A program made the position numbers and the translations under genes. A DNA stretch of 63,967 bases, counting the filler, from Intoshia linei (taxonomy: Eukaryota > Animalia > Orthonectida), in the NCBI GenBank assembly GCA_001642005.1. It is 8 parts of 8 records of this genome, joined end to end, with 100 filler letters (N's around TTAATTAATTAA, not from the genome) between each part and the next. Parts side by side here need not be neighbours in the genome. Positions count along the whole stretch, not along the records: positions 62,924 to 63,967 come from LWCA01002801.1; 7 more parts are not named here. One strand, 5' to 3'. Below, one piece after another: positions 62,923-63,967 of this stretch. The notes under the pieces are model-generated. The model was not told where the DNA came from, ran no database searches, and saw only the letters and a program-made list of their open reading frames with translations. The first letter of the stretch is position 1. Each line of letters starts with the position of its first letter.

Positions 62923-63822
62923 NTTTACTTGAATTAACTTGTAGTTGAGGGCGTCTTTGCAACCTATAATATTTATAATATCCATAACAAAAAATTCAAT
63001 ATAACGGTCACTACATCTAAGCTCAATTTTATCATAAACTTTCATTCTAGAACCATCGGCTGAATTAATAACTACATCCGACTTAGCTAATTTAATTAAA
63101 CCAAACCGCTTTAATGTATCAAAGTTTATACAATTGATATTTGAGCCCGTATCCACAATAAATTTACACATAATTATTATATCATTATAAGAAACCTTCA
63201 TATTAACATTAATTTCAGAAGATGGATCAACAGATATTGTCCTGACCATTGGTTTAACATCGAATTGATTACAATTTTTTATAATATGACCAGATTTAAC
63301 GCACTTAAAACACTTGACATTACTTTTTTCAATAAATAGTTTCAAATATGATTTTTCGTTCAATTTTAATGAATTCAATACTAATAAAATCTCGTTCAGA
63401 TCATTTGATTTCCAATATTGCATTGGAATTTTTTTTGCTTTACGGCTGTTTACTTTGAATACATTACACAAATGTCTATTTGCTTTTGCTGTAACCCAAT
63501 GAGTTTTAATTATAGCCTGTTCTAACCTTTCGTAAAATGAATCCACACTTTCCAAAGCTTCTTGTCGAATATTAAAAAATTTAACTTCATTGATATAAGG
63601 ATATTCAACTGAGTTTTTTATGATCAATAATTCAATAGCTTCAATAGGCTTCATTGAATCATTTTTTTCTTTTATTAAATATTTAAAATCATGAGAAGGT
63701 AACAATTCCTTTAACATCACCCATTTTTGAATATTATTTGCAGCTAGTGTATTAATTTCCGTTATTATCAACTTGTAATTTATCATAATTGTATTTTGTA
63801 ATATTTGATAAGAATTTATCAA
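62923..63822 (-). mobile_element. LTR retrotransposon gag-protease ORF, running into a gap
   Basis: CCHC knuckle CFKCVKSGHIIKNC and aspartic protease FIVDTGSNIN. Confidence 0.88.
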
Positions 63823-63967
63823 GATTTGTATTCAGATTTAATAGTAAAATACAATTAATTATCGATAATAGATTACAGATATAATTGAATTATAAAATAA
63901 GAAAAAATATTTCAAGAGTAAAATTTTAGTTAACAGAATTTTTGGTTTGTCAAAAATTTGAAATTCC

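Overview
This is an AT-rich, compact animal genome window with many 30-60 nt GT-AG introns and 7 scaffold gaps filled with an N/TTAATTAATTAA linker. It resembles reduced genomes such as the orthonectid Intoshia, but the species cannot be determined from the sequence. Genes recognised by hand-splicing: ornithine decarboxylase (ODC) homolog, RPAP1, a stum/SPEC3-like membrane protein, BSDC1, a GRIP-domain golgin, TBCB, CaMKIV, a TTC6-like TPR protein, OSCP1, an extended SPA17, and one unknown multi-exon gene. Between and inside the genes lie Buster-type hAT elements and MITEs, a Helitron-like family, Tc1/mariner remnants and Ty3/Gypsy debris. The main finding is invisible in the ORF track: an AUG-less upstream ORF (likely AUU start at 1333, stop 1471-1473) ending 8 nt before the ODC AUG. 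Its C-terminus VLHRENIDINAEVPWDPS* matches the polyamine-sensing uCC peptide of ODC/AZIN1 mRNAs, but the canonical PPW stall motif is changed to VPW. The ODC itself also carries an unusual substitution in its substrate-specificity helix (Y331-D332-H333 to T-E-N).
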